From Octopus sinensis (taxonomy: Eukaryota): 64,000 nt of DNA. Below, piece by piece: positions 13,377-28,105 of this stretch. Position 1 is the first letter of the stretch; every line of letters begins with the position of its first letter. The notes under the pieces were generated by a model. The model had not been told where the DNA came from and made no database searches. It saw nothing but the letters and a program-made list of their open reading frames with translations. The position numbers and the translations under genes were made by a program. The stretch covers positions 32,426,001 through 32,490,000 of the forward strand of contig NC_043007.1 in NCBI RefSeq assembly GCF_006345805.1. Reading direction: 5' to 3'.

Positions 13377-13488
13377 TATAAACAAAACATTCAAACTTTA
13401 AGATTTGAAATAAGATGTCACTAGTGTTAATATTAACAATAGTGACATCTTATTTCAAATATTAGCGCTTGAATGTTTTGGTTATATA
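13377..13488. repeat. Palindrome/hairpin with perfect 21-bp core arms
   Basis: 13403-13423 is the reverse complement of 13440-13460; inner tgttaatattaaca palindrome; imperfect outer arms. Confidence 0.85.
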
Positions 13489-13662
13489 TATATATATATA
13501 TATATATTTAAGTAGGTGAATGAATTATCCTATGTTTATCGTCAGCATGGAAAATTCCTTTGGAATGAAAATATGCTGTCTTTGAAACATGTGTCGAGAG
13601 TAAAGGAATTTTGTTAACATCTTCGTTCGACTCCATTCTTTCATTTATTTATATATATATAT

Positions 13663-13712
<50 letters not shown>

Positions 13713-14547
13713 GATTTATGTCCTCTTAGTGAGTGTGTTGTTTAAAATACTCAGTCAACGAAATGTACTCATGGTACATTGAGGTTTTGCAAAGACATTC
13801 AATAAACTTGGTTATGGGACAATATGCTAAAGCATTTGCGACAGTTCGCCGTCTTTTCATTCTTGTTCCTAATAATTCCTGTTAGGTTAAGAACTACGAC
13901 TATTATTGGATGAGGATGATTATAAATGAGGCTGTTTTTAGTTTTAAGCAAAGCATATGAACAGGACGACAATATACACAACAATCTCTCAAATCAGTGA
14001 TGACCTTTAAACTTAAAACTCATAGAAATTAGAAAAGAATCAGAAAAGTTTACACATAGTATATTTAAGCATAGAGTTTGTGAATTCCAGCACTGAAATT
14101 ACTAGTGAAGTTCAAAAACTACAACCTTTTAACTGTAAAGCTTTTTGATTTAGATACACCTTCCAGCATGCCAGTCCAGTCAAACTGTCCAACCCATCCC
14201 AGCATGGACAACAGATGTTAAATAATGATGATGATGATGATGATGATGATGATAACACAGGGTCAGCAATTTTTGAGGGCAAGATGTTGATCAATTACCT
14301 ATTCTTTAATTTTGATTTATATCTATGTTCTATTTTTTTACATTTTTTTGAGTCATTCGACTGTGGCCATGCTGAAGCACCACCTTGAGGGGGTTTTAGT
14401 CATGGGAGAAAAAAAAACCCAGGACTTTTTTTTAAAGCCCAGTACTTATTCTATCAGTCTCTTTTGCTGAACTGCTAGGCTATGGGGACATAAACACCGA
14501 CACCAGTTGTCAAGCATGATGGGAGGACAAACACAGACAAAAAGACA

Positions 14548-14616
<69 letters not shown>

Positions 14617-16505
14617 AAGTATATTAGGGGTTGTGGATCAAACCCTCTAAGGAATAATACTTATCCAATATACTGTTGGTATACTACCCAAATTATTAAT
14701 ACACAAGTGTTTTTAATTGCAATGCAAAAAACTCACTTATTGTATTAAATGGGTGAAGGTAAAGAAAAATTTTACCATTAATTTATGTTGCAAATAAGAA
14801 AATGGAGAAACACATTAGTTGGTTTAAAAGCTTTAGGATATTATAACAGATAGGCTTCTTTCAGTTTTTGTCTGCCAAACCCACTGTTGAGGCCATAGTG
14901 GAAAACCTTGCCCAAGCTGCCATGCATGTAGTTGGGAAACAAACTTCTTACTGCACAGTCATGAATATAGCACACACACACAGACACTAGGTTTTTACTA
15001 ATGGTGGGGTAAAATGAGTAATAACATTACAAGAGTACTAACAGTAGCTGTTGTAAAGAAGTGTGAGTTATTTTTCGAAGTAGGCATTGCAATATACATC
15101 GAGAGGAATGGAGATGGTGGTTGGAGATAATTCCTAGGAGCAATGGCAAAGTGAACGAAATAATAATGGTGATTTCTAGCATAGGAATACATGGCTACAC
15201 AGAGAATTGCCGACCAGACCAGCTTGGCCAATAGTTATCTTATTAACTGTGGAGGAAGGAACAGCTGAGTCAATACAAATATGATTCCAACTCAGAAATG
15301 CAAGGTGATTCAACTGAAATAGAGCAAAAATAATGTACGGCATTCTGTTGATACCATGACCTACTAACCTCCCAAGATGAATATAAATAATAGTAATAAT
15401 GATAATTTCAAATTTTGGCACAAGGCCAGCAATTTCAAGTTGATTACATCAACCCCAGTGCTCAGTTGGGATGTAGTTTATTGACCCTAAAAGGATGAAA
15501 AGCAAAGTCGATCCCAGTGGGATTTGAACTCAGAATGTAAAGATGGACAAAGTGCTGTTCAACATTTTTGTCCAGCATGTTAATGATTCTGCCAGTTTGC
15601 CACTCTATATTTTAAGAATTTGTGACGTTAATGTGCATTTTACCAATGAGGGTGAAGTGGTTCGAAATGAGAAATGAAACAAAAGCCAGAATAACAGGAA
15701 CATCAATCACACTGCTTAGTTCATTTTTTTAAAAAATGCCACGAAACATCTGGTCCCACACCAAATTATCAGACCCCCCCCCCCCGAAAAAAAAAAACAA
15801 CAGTGAAATCCAGCCGTACAACAGAAATGGTCATTACTAACGAAACAAGAAATATTTCAGAGTTTAGCAACACTCCAGAATACATTTTGATATCATTAAT
15901 TCTGATTATTGACAAAAGACAGATGCAAAATGACTGCAAATATTTGCAGTAGATATCTTCCTAAGCTGACAAAACAGTCTCTGAACATAGCTGTGGTCCT
16001 TCGGTATATATACAACTAGTAACCACCACCAACAACAACAATAATAATAATATAGATAGATGAGTCATACAGCACAATAATTCACAAAAGGTTGCAAGTA
16101 CAGACTACTAACACCTTTCCTATTTTCACAACTTGTTTGTCTTTTGCTTAATTCTAATGACAAATATATATTTTAGTAACTTCATTAATAAAACATACTT
16201 AACTCATTAGCATTTAAACTGGTGATATTTGGCCTCTCACACATACCCTACAATGTCGTTTTAAAATTAAGCTGACACATAACCAAAACCTCAAAGCTAT
16301 GAGATAAGCCATGACTGACCCAAAACAATGTGAATAAATAAGCAATACATTTGAGAGAGTAATTCAAATGCTAAAGAATTAAACATTTATGTGTGTAGTT
16401 GAAAAGTCAGAAGCTGTGGCTTTCATCCAGGGGAAAAACCCCTTTGTAGACAGTAAACACAATACTGGAGTCAATTCTGGGACGATATCATTTTGCCCAG
16501 CGAAA

Positions 16506-16718
16506 GGCGGCGAGCTGGCAGAACTGTTAGCACACTGGACGAAATGCGTAGCCGTATTTCGTCTGCCGTTACGTTCTGAGTTCAAATTCCGCTGAGGTCG
16601 ACTTTGCCTTTCATCCTTTCGGGGTTGATAAATTAAGTACCAGTTACATACTGGGGTCGATGTAATCGACTTAATCCATTTGTCCCCTCTATGTTTAGCC
16701 CCTTGTGGGCAATAAAGA
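16506..16718 (+). mobile_element. tRNA-derived SINE, second family (ggcggcgagctggcag...gttcaaattcc...gactttgcctttcatcc)
   Basis: A/B-box-like head. Other copies, all minus: about 10795-10953, 15405-15605, 36675-36850 and 44060-44180. Confidence 0.8.
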
Positions 16719-17781
16719 AACAGATATCATTTTGCTCAGCTCTGAAGTAGTGTTTTATTAACACAATACATCCAGAAATGGAGTTTTCCTTGAGTAAAAC
16801 CACAGCCTCTGGTTTTTTGCAACTACACACAATATATTATATTAAATATGTTATGTTGATAAAGTTTTCATTACAGAACTGCTTCTATTGCGTAATACAA
16901 ATAGAGTTCAGACTAAATGACAACAACAACAACCTATTTCACTAGTAATATAAACATTGTTAGAGAGAACTAAATAGAATATCACCAATGGTTACAGGCA
17001 GCAACATTAGCAGCAGTAATATTAGTCTACAAAGAAATGTTGCAGCTTATAAATAAAGAGAGTAGTATATGGGGAAGAAAAGCAGAGGTTAGTTGGCACT
17101 TTGTGGAAGACTTGACCTGATGTTGTTGGCTTTAGTTCCAAACAACACAGAGATAATGAAAAAAACCCACTCTATTGATTTAAGAAATTAATTAAAAAAA
17201 CAAGCATTTTTAATTTTGTACTTTTATAGAACACAAGCACCCTCAACGCTCACAAATTTCAAGAGTAATCAAAGAGTTGTTTACAATCTGATGACAAAAA
17301 CCTAACGAAGTAATGTTAATATATATGACCTCGATACTGTAATGGTTAAAGGAGATTTACTTAAGAACAATACAATCGTGTGTATGCATGGGTGTTAAGA
17401 GAGTGTGTGTGTGTAAGTGTGTGTGTGTACAGAGGTTAAACAGAACAAGTCTATAATATAAATTCAATCTTGAAATGAACTAGAAATGACTAATATTTAT
17501 CAGAAAAACCTAATCACTTCCAAAGCACCACATAAGGTGTGTGATAAACAATTAAAGACACCTTTTACTTGAAACTTTAAAAGGGAGCTGAGAAAGCTAG
17601 CATTATCATTTTAAATGCAATACAAAATATCAGGTTTATGAAATTGAAGATCACAAATTTAATAGCCGTATATATATATACATATATAAAAAATAGCTTT
17701 AGAGATTTATAAATTCATACTGAGATTTAAAAAAATATAATCATTCATATATATATATATATATAAATATATATATATATG

Positions 17782-17814
<33 letters not shown>

Positions 17815-17979
17815 GTATGTTTTTATGTTTAGTTATAATAGAAACAATTTTACATTAACCTGAAGGGTTACTTTAGTAGAGTACTAACCTATTAAGAACT
17901 TTACTGACAGTGACTGCAAAGCTTCAACCAGTTGAGCCATCATCAAAAGCTATAATAGTCTTGTTTAAGAATAACAAAC

Positions 17980-17984
<5 letters not shown>

Positions 17985-18010
<26 letters not shown>

Positions 18011-18016
18011 TACATA

Positions 18017-18057
<41 letters not shown>

Positions 18058-18248
18058 ATTATATACATACATATATACATACATATACATACATATATAT
18101 ACATACATACATATATATATATACATATATAAATATATATATATATGCATACATACATATATAAATAAATATAAATATATATATATGCATACATACACAC
18201 ACACACACATATAAATAAATATAAATATATATATATATATGCATACAT

Positions 18249-18312
<64 letters not shown>
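17985..18312. repeat. Compound (TA)/(TACA) microsatellite
   Basis: Direct reading. Confidence 0.95.
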
Positions 18313-18315
<3 letters not shown>

Positions 18316-18514
18316 GTTTGTAAAATACTATTATATCAAGACAGAACTAGTTTTTCATTTATGTCGCTTAAATAAAGAATTCTAGAGTTAGTATTGAATT
18401 TCCTATTTACTTAATGCAACAGTTAGAACATTATTCCACATGATTTTCAAGAATTAAATTTATAGATTATTTGGGGGGAATATCAAGAGCAAAAGATCAT
18501 GATGCTGTAAGATG

Positions 18515-18571
<57 letters not shown>

Positions 18572-19175
18572 CCAAAGTTTCCCAGTTTAGGCTGTACAAA
18601 TTGACTGACAAAATACTAGGTTGACTTGGAAAATATAGCTACTACATTAATAAGGATACAGCTGTAATGATTTACAGATTTTTTTTTCAAACTCTTAATA
18701 CAAAAGGAAGAAAAAAAAACACGTACTATGGTAAGAAAAATTGAACTGATATAATGATATTTGCAATTAATTAAAAAAAAAAATAAATAAACAGGAAAAT
18801 GTCAGATTCCTTATAATTTTGTTATATCAATAAAATATGAACTGAAGTAAATTTAGTAAAAAATATACTTACAGCATTACTGTGGGTAAAGTATAGAGCG
18901 AATTTGGCCTGATTATCTTTCTAAAACGGTCAGAGTGACTGATTGCTAGAACTTTTGTTTTTTGTTGTTGTAATTTTTTTTTGTTTTTGTAAATTTTTTT
19001 TTCATTTTCTGTTTTCACTCTCTCACTCTCTCTTTCGTTTTTTTTTTGTATAAGAAGGTTGTTGATGAGAAGTCAAGTTGTTTTGTTTTTGTTATTTTTA
19101 AATTTTTTTTTGAAAGTGTTCTCTCTAATGGAATATCCAACACAGGCTTTTTTTTTTTGATATACTGATATGATG

Positions 19176-19214
<39 letters not shown>

Positions 19215-21094
19215 TGTTTAAATTAAAACAGAAAACTGTAGTGATGAGCCCAAACAAATAAGAGATGGCTTCCTTCCTTCAAAGGTAAGTCTGGCAACTG
19301 TCAGCGTTTTCAACCCACAACGTAGGATGCTCATAATGGATACAGCAAGGAAGCTTTTACATCAGGTCATCCATTGTAATTTTTATCCAGACTGTGTATG
19401 TATGTGTATATATATGTGTGTGTATATATTATATTATATATATTATATATCATATATATATATATCATATATCATATATATATATATTATATATCATATA
19501 TATATATTATATATCATATATATATATATAATATATATATATATATCATATATATATTATATATATATTATTTGTGTGTATATAGAAGCAATGCAACCAT
19601 CTTTTCTCTTTCCTACATGTTTTTTTTTTCCTTTTTAATATTTTTTTTAAAAGCTTTGTCATTTTCTTTGGCTAATGACTGAAAATTATATATACATATA
19701 TAAATACATACATACATATATGTGTATATATGCATGTATATATGTATCTATGTATGTGTGTGTATGTATGAATGTATGTATATATGTATATGCATGTCCT
19801 GAGCCAAGCAACAATTTAAGACTTTGTATACAGACACCAACAAAACCAGAACAAATCAGTACCAGAAAAGACAAGCAAAGTGAAAAATTATGTTTTTTTT
19901 AAAAAAAAAAAACCAAAGAAAGGAAAGAAAGAAAAAGACAAAAAAGACCAGAAGCCATAGAAATATATGTAGTAACACTAAAATATAAAATAGATTCTTT
20001 GTATTTTTGACGATTTAAAGAAAGAGTGCAAAACCGCTTCCGCATGGAACTGGTTGATCCTGTAGTAGTTTTGGAAAGTCCATACTTGCATTTAGAATAT
20101 TGTTAATGAATAGAAGAGGAACGGAAAATAATAAATTCTTTTTTTTGAATACTCTTTTATGTCAATTTTCTTACAAGAGTTCCAACAAAAATCTTCCATT
20201 GTTTGATTGTCAAATTTCTTATTTTTAAAAAAAAGAACTTAGCATATATATATTTATACTTGTTTTTTTTTGTTTTTTTGGTATTTTAATATGAAGCCAA
20301 GATTACACAACCCCAAAAGAAATAGGAAAAAAAAAAAGGAAAAATTTCAACAAACCTGGGCAAAGCTTGACCCCTGCATGAGGATATGTTATTAAAAGTT
20401 ATTATACACTTAGAATATTATTTTTTTTGAGGGCTTGACTTTCTGGTACTTGTTGGTGTAGTTGTTGTCTTTTGGATGTGTTTTCAGCCAAACAGAATAG
20501 AAACTATTTCTTATAGATGTTCTATTCCCTTTTTGAAAGACCGTATGGCTAAGTGGTACTTTTTCTTTCTTTCTTTTTAATGCCGATGCAATGACAGAAA
20601 CAGATCAAAGCAATCCATGCAATAGAAACTATTTTAATTAAGTCAAAATGGCTAGATTTACATGCCCGAAGTCAATAGTAACATCAACAGAGATCAAACT
20701 TCACACACATTGATTTCAAAGTTAGTCACACATTGAAAATGCTTCCTCTCTTTCTTTCTTTGAGAGCAATAGGAGTTATGTAGCATTATTAAAATGAGGA
20801 TTTACAGCTAGTAAAGATTAGCGAGATCTTGTAATGAGTATATATGTGTCACAATTCAAAATTAAGCACATAGACAACAAAAAATTTAATCAACCCTGTT
20901 TCAGCTAAAAATATTTAGAAATATGTGAGAATAAATCTATGAATCAAATACAGCTTAAATAGATCCATGTTACTAATGAAAAAAAAAATCTTTAAGCAAC
21001 TTGGCAGGCACAAGACATGTAGCCAAGCCATAAGAATATAATATACTCAACAGGGTACATCATTAATGTTTCTTTTAATTATATTGTGTTGCGT

Positions 21095-21126
<32 letters not shown>

Positions 21127-22787
21127 TTTGAGAGAAGAAACAAAAGGTTGCTAAGAATTTGATGACTTATTAAAAAACATTTTTTTTCTCTTTTTTTTTT
21201 GGAAAAATTAAAGTCAATAAGTGTTTGTGCTGGCTATAAAGTTGAATAATACAAATTTAGAAAATAGAATGGCAAGAAATTAAGCTAGAGAAAGAGAGAG
21301 AGAGGGGGGGAGAAAGAGAGAGAGGGGGGGGGAGAAAGAGAGGGAGTGGGAGAGGCTTAAATTATACAACATACACACACACATGCACTTATGTACATAA
21401 GTATATGTGTGTTTGTAAATATATATATATTTATATATATATATATGCATATAAATATATGAGTTTATACACATACACATTCATATACACATTTATATAT
21501 AGGGGCAATAGCTTTCTTTTAAACACATATTGAAAACACATTGTGTCCTAGATTTTGTCTTTTACATCATTTTTTCCCTTCATATTCTCACAAGAGTTTC
21601 TTGCAATTTGCTTAGAAGAGTAAGACTCCCCGATCCAGTAATGTTTCTAGACCTTCACAGTCTCATCCTCAGGATGGAGTGATGTTGGCATGGTATGGTT
21701 ACCACTTTACAGTAGGCAGAATCCATAAGATTTGTTTTGCAGATACAAAAACCAGAAACTGAATTTCTGACCATTGAGGTTTATACATCACCAGTAAGGG
21801 CTTCATCGTTGATTATGGCTAGTGTAAACAACAAGGAGCAATTTAAATGCACTACGTCACACAACGCAAACGAAACTAGGTAAGAAAAATATTAGTAAAC
21901 AACAGATGTATTCTACATGAAATCCCTCACAGAACAATTCATGATGGAAGCAAAACTCACTGCACAGCACAATGCTAAAATACACACACATAAGATACAT
22001 TAATCACAAACAATTAGAAACACTTGACTTATGACAGATAAATCTACTAACAAGTCAAACAGTCAAATTCTAGCAGCAAAACATGCCAGTATCACTTCAT
22101 TCTGAAGGTGAGACCATGATGGTCCAGAGACAAGGATGGATTTGGGGACTTTACGGTTCCAAACAAACTGTAAGCAACTTAATACAAAAGTATTAAAAAA
22201 ACACACTTGATAAAAAAAAAAAAGTTAATACTACAACACAACCATGTTTTCAATAAAACACACATGCATGCACACACATACAAACACGTCAGTTCACAAA
22301 TGTGTAAATAAGAAGTACTCAATATAGAAGTAGAGTGTAAATATTTAATGTAGTGTTACAATTACTCTCTCTTACTACTCAAGAGTTTCATGAATGCTGC
22401 TGATCATGTAACTGATCTAAGACGTATGAGATACAATGTTTACAATATAAAATATTTATGAGTGGCCAGTCTTAATATATACATGTATATATTCTTGCGG
22501 CCATGCTGGAGCACCACCTTGATATAGATATATAGACACACACACATATATATACATAGAAAGAGAGATAGATACATACACACCATTTTGTATTATTTTT
22601 ATGAGATTTTTCAACTGACACATTTTTTTATCCAATGACTTGTCCATTCATAAATACTTTGATTTAAACATCGTGTGTCACATGACATAGATCAATTATG
22701 TGATTTGTGACAGTTGCAAAACTGAGTAATAACAGAGACTAAAACTTCAGATTCCAGCACACACACATACGTATGCATGTATATGTA

Positions 22788-22833
<46 letters not shown>

Positions 22834-24079
22834 TACACACACACATGAAGAATAGAAAGTTTTTTTAGAATCTTAAATTATTTTGGAACATCATCAGAGA
22901 AAAAGAATTTTTTCTTTTCTTTTTTTTTCTTCTTTTGGACATTGTTTTAAATTAATAGCAAGATGACGTAAGCCAAATTAGAAAGGTAAAAACAGATGTG
23001 AAGCAAAATGATATGATGTAATGAATGTAACAGTGGTGTGGTGGTGTTGATTAGCACATCAGTAAGAAATAAAACTGAATATTGATTTCAAAGTAATGTC
23101 CAAAACAGTATCAGAATTATAATAATTGAAAAATTCTAAACAACAATTAAGCACAAACAAAACCAATGTGTGATTCCTGATGCCATTCATAAATGTTTAC
23201 TCAATCTTACTGAAGCATTCATCATATTCTCAGAATATAACCGGCTATATTAATTTTTTTTTTTTTTTTTTTTTTTTAATTATCAATCAAATACAGACTA
23301 TTATTTCTTAATTAACACATAATTTCAGAGAACAACAGACCAGATTGAAGGAAACAACTATGATGAAAATAATAATAATAATAATAATATATTCATAGAA
23401 TTAGTAATTAATTAATGATCGAACACTTAAAAATGATTTGGTTTAATATATCAAAATATCAAAATAAAATAACACATTCTGTTTGAATATCTAATGAGCC
23501 AAAATATTGGACACCGTCAGTAAATTGATAATTTCTTGTTGGCAAATTTATAAAAGAAAATAAATTCAAAGCTTACATCTCAACAACATAAACTGGAGGC
23601 AATCAGTTACACAACACAAGAATAAAATCTAAAATATGTAGAATTTTAAATCAAAGAAACCTCGTACATACACTCAACACAAATGAAATGAAGTACAAAA
23701 ACATAGGCAACAGCTAGATTAAGCTTTGTCTGGTAGACATATAAAAGAATTTTTTAAAAAATCAATAAGCAGATATATATCAATTTAGATCAGTTTAAAT
23801 AACGATAATTAATTGCCAAACAATATTCAGTTAGTACTTCTAATGTAATTGCTTCATTAACAATTTTAAACGAAACATTTCAATGAAATTACTGAGGACT
23901 GAAATAAGAGTTTCAAGGAATACCTATCTGGTTCCAAGTTACCATTAAATCTATTTATTACCATAAAAGGAAAATAACATTCAACTTGCAAGTTACAGAA
24001 ATGAGGCTTTTCTTGAAATTCAGATATTTGTTGTTTTTGTTTTTGTTCCCCCTTTTCAGTTCTTTTTTTTTAAAGTGTT

Positions 24080-24300
24080 GCAGCTTACTTGGTGACCATC
24101 ACATGCGTTGATGGCATGCAAAAAGCACCCAGTGCACACTGTAATGATGGTTGGCATAAGGAAGGGCACCCAGCTGTAGAGAACATGCCAAAACTGGCAC
24201 TGGGGCTTGGCGCAGCCCTGCAGCTTGCTGGATCTTGTCAAACCGTCCAACCCATGCCAGCACGGAAACTGGACGTTGAGTGGTGATGATGGTGATGATA
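24080..24300 (+). mobile_element. RTE-tailed short retroelement
   Basis: ggaagggcacccagctgtag...ccgtccaacccatgccagcacgg...tgatgatg. Confidence 0.7.
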
Positions 24301-26388
24301 ATTGAATCAATGTTTAAATCGTTGTTAATATTATTATCACCATCATCATCACTATCATCAACGTCCCTTTTAATGTTAATTAAATGATGATTCAAAAAAA
24401 CTAATTACATTGTATCTGAATTTTGAAAAAAAAGAAAAGAAGAAAAAAACCCACTTCTGCAAAATATAAAGTGAAATTAGAAAAGTTAATTGTAATTAGT
24501 AAATAAGACACCAAGAAAATACAAAAGTTGACAGAATTAGTCTATATTCAATGTAGAACAATTTCAGATCAGGTACAGAATCAAAACATTGTTGATAACA
24601 CATTCACAAGAAAGTCGTCTACGTCTATAATTATTTCAATGAAGTGCCTTGTTTAAAAAGACAATCTTACCCTATGGAAATTAATATTCTCCTAGAGTAT
24701 TCGATGATAAGTGAAAAATACTAAATTAAATATGAAATTATCAAACAGCTTTATAACTATGCTATATCTGCTTATTTCTGGTTTAGATAATTATAGCAAA
24801 ATAAATAATATGTAATTTAAGCATTTCTAATAAATTATGTTTAATGACCTGTAACTGAAATTTTAAATTTATAAACGGTAATTTTAAGGTAAAGAACTGA
24901 ATGAGAAAATGTCTGGAATTAATTTTCATTGATAGCAGATTCCTTAACTTTTAGTAATTAAACTAGACATATCCAACCCAAATATTCTACCTGTTTTGTG
25001 TTCAAACCAGCTAGATCGGGCCTCTCACACCTACCCTACAATATCATTATAAAAGTATACAATCACATCATTGAAATCTCAGAGCTACGAGATAATGCAT
25101 GATTAATTCAAAAACAATATGAATAAATAAGCATTTCATTTGACGGAATACTAAAGGGTTAAAGACTAAATCAAAATATAGAACATGAGAAATATGGCAT
25201 CCAGGTTATTCTTTTGAACCAATTGAAAATGAAGAAGTAATCTCTACAAAGTAACTGCCAACATTAGCTACAATGCAAATTAAAACGCAACATTTCATGT
25301 CAACCTTGCACTAAATTATAAACAGATAAATAGATATGAAGATAGATCTGTTTAATATAAGAGAAAGAAATTTAAATTATGGAGCAAAAGAATCTAATTC
25401 TGTATTTAAGTTTTGTTTTTATCTTTCGATAGATTTGGTGTTTTTGTAAAAGAAAGCTTGTTCTTGCTTTTCTTCGAAAATTACAAAGCTCATAATTAAA
25501 ATCCTGTATGTTGGAACCAAAGATATTAATAACGTAGAAATTAAATGCAATGTGATTTTAAATAAGTATGAACTCTAGAAATTTAAAATAAGATATCATT
25601 AAATATCTACGTGTGCTTAAGTGTGATTTGTGGACAGGTGAGGTTAGAATGGAAATATGAAAATACTTGAACAAAGCAACCAATGTGGAATAATAAATAT
25701 CTATAACTTCAGAAACTGCAAATATAAGACACAGCCTTAAATTTCAACAATTGATAAATTCTTTTCACAGCTTTATGAAAAAGAGATTAAATTTTTCTTT
25801 GAATATTCAACTTTCATTTAAAAAATTTTTTTTTCTTTTTGTTTCCTTCAAAATAATTTGAAGAATAAAGTACTCTTATTTTGGAACATGACAGAGGGAT
25901 TTTGTTAAGTTATGGTAAAAATATTTTTGAAACAATAATCTTTAAGCTAGATAAAACTAGCTGTATGAACAATCTCATACCATCAACATAATAGGACTGA
26001 ATTTCTTGGTTCTTCTTTAGGATACTGCAAGAAATTCGAACACAACCTCAACTATTTTTACTGTTCCAGAAATCTAACCATAACTTTTATATCAATTATC
26101 ACAACTACGCATGTTTTAAACCCAAGGGGAAATGCGATGAAAGCTTGAAATGTTGAGTTTGGAGATACTTGTACGAGCTAATTTTTAAAATGGAAAAGTG
26201 GAACATGTACAGACGTCGATATAAAATGCCCTAATTTATGGAATTAGAATGAGCAGTTAAATAAAAATTACGTATCTGAACTTGGTTTAAAGAAAATCGC
26301 TCCTTATATATATATACATATATATAAAATATGTGCATATGTATACATGTGTGTGTATATATGTATGTATGCATACATATATATATAT

Positions 26389-26616
26389 TTCTTTACTACC
26401 CACAAGGGGCTAAACACAGAGGGGACAAATAAGGACAGACAAACGGATTAAGTCGATTACGTCGATCCCAGTGCGCAACTGGTACTAAATTTATCAACCC
26501 CAAAAGGATGAAAGGCAAAGTCGACCTCGGCGGGATTTGAACTGAGAATGTAACGGCAGACGAAATACGGCTATGCATTTCGTCCGGCGTGCTAACGTTT
26601 CTGCCAGTTCGCCGCC
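26389..26616 (-). mobile_element. tRNA-derived SINE, second family
   Basis: Reverse complement of 16506-16718. Confidence 0.8.
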
Positions 26617-26625
26617 TTCATATGC

Positions 26626-26656
<31 letters not shown>

Positions 26657-27409
26657 CGCACACACATACACATGTATGTACAGACACACACATATATATA
26701 TATATACATACATTCCCTTAAATTAAGTACTAAATGAACTATTAAATAACAGACCTTATGCTACATTTTGTTTAAATAAACATCCTTTACATAACTTGTG
26801 CTATATAATAACCAAGAAATACACCAAAAATAGCCAAACATTACAGAGTCACAAACTCAACTTTTTTCAAGTTCTTATTTTTTGTTTATATATTTTGTAT
26901 TGTTTTTTTTTATATATATTTTATTATTATTATTATTAATCTTTTGTGATCAAATGGTAATAAGTGCAACTGATTTACAGAAGGAAATTACATGAAAACA
27001 AAAAAAAAAAAAAAAAACTTCAAACTTCAAAAAAAAAAAAAAAAAAAAAACCATAACAGTGCACCCCCTTATTCCAATTTGGCACACAACCAACTCGGTG
27101 GTCGTGTTTCGGTAGTGGCAATAACCAGTGAGTAGATATTTACAAGTGATCATTAAAACATACATGTGGAGAAGAAACGGAACATCTACAGCTATATGGA
27201 GTAGTAGTAGTAGTAATAGAAGAACAAAAACTTCAATATTTAAAATCAAAGTATTCGAAGACAGAAAAAAAAAAAAAGAAGAAAATCATAGATAAACTTT
27301 TAGGTCAGTCATCTGGCAAACCTGTCTGCTAGATTAATGAAGATTAACAGATTATATTACAACTAGAGCAAATAATATTTTAACTTTCTGTTATGTCGTA
27401 TTTTTACTT

Positions 27410-27514
27410 TTCATACACACAACACACAGGCATATATATATGTATATATATTATATACTATATATAATATATATATATATACACACACATATATATACAT
27501 ATATATGTACATAC

Positions 27515-27548
<34 letters not shown>

Positions 27549-27662
27549 TATATATGAATATACTATATATATATGTATACATACATATGTATATACTATA
27601 TATATATATGCATATACTATATATATATATGCATATACTATATATATATATGCATATATATA

Positions 27663-27700
<38 letters not shown>

Positions 27701-27702
27701 TA

Positions 27703-27741
<39 letters not shown>

Positions 27742-27752
27742 TATGTATATAC

Positions 27753-27785
<33 letters not shown>

Positions 27786-28105
27786 CATATACTATATATA
27801 TATATATACATACATATATATGTATATATATATATATATGTATATACTATATATACATATATATATGTACATAATATATATATATATATATATGTACATA
27901 ATATATATATATATATATGTACATAATATATATATATAATATGTACATAATATATATATATATATGTACATAATATATATATATATATAATATGTACATA
28001 ATATATATATATATATATATATATGTACATAATATATATATATATATATATATATATTATTTATATATCATATATAGATATAAATATATACACACACATA
28101 TATAA
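27410..28105. repeat. Compound (TA)n minisatellite with gcatatactat and gtacataat subunits
   Basis: Direct reading; source of the YIYI ORFs. Confidence 0.95.

Noticed and set aside
14998-15421. Two minus-strand ORFs of 77 and 81 aa in unique sequence
   Set aside because: No consistent acceptor/donor pair compatible with the phase-0 intron, and no recognisable motif.
26130-26165. GCGATGA-AAGCTT-GAAATGTT hammerhead-like string
   Set aside because: The core is mutated at two positions and no stem I pairing was found.
27411-28030. Many long YIYI/CVCV-type ORFs here and at 8786-9289, 17910-18264, 19327-19902 and 30608-30970
   Set aside because: These are translations of (TA)n/(CA)n microsatellites, which lack stop codons.
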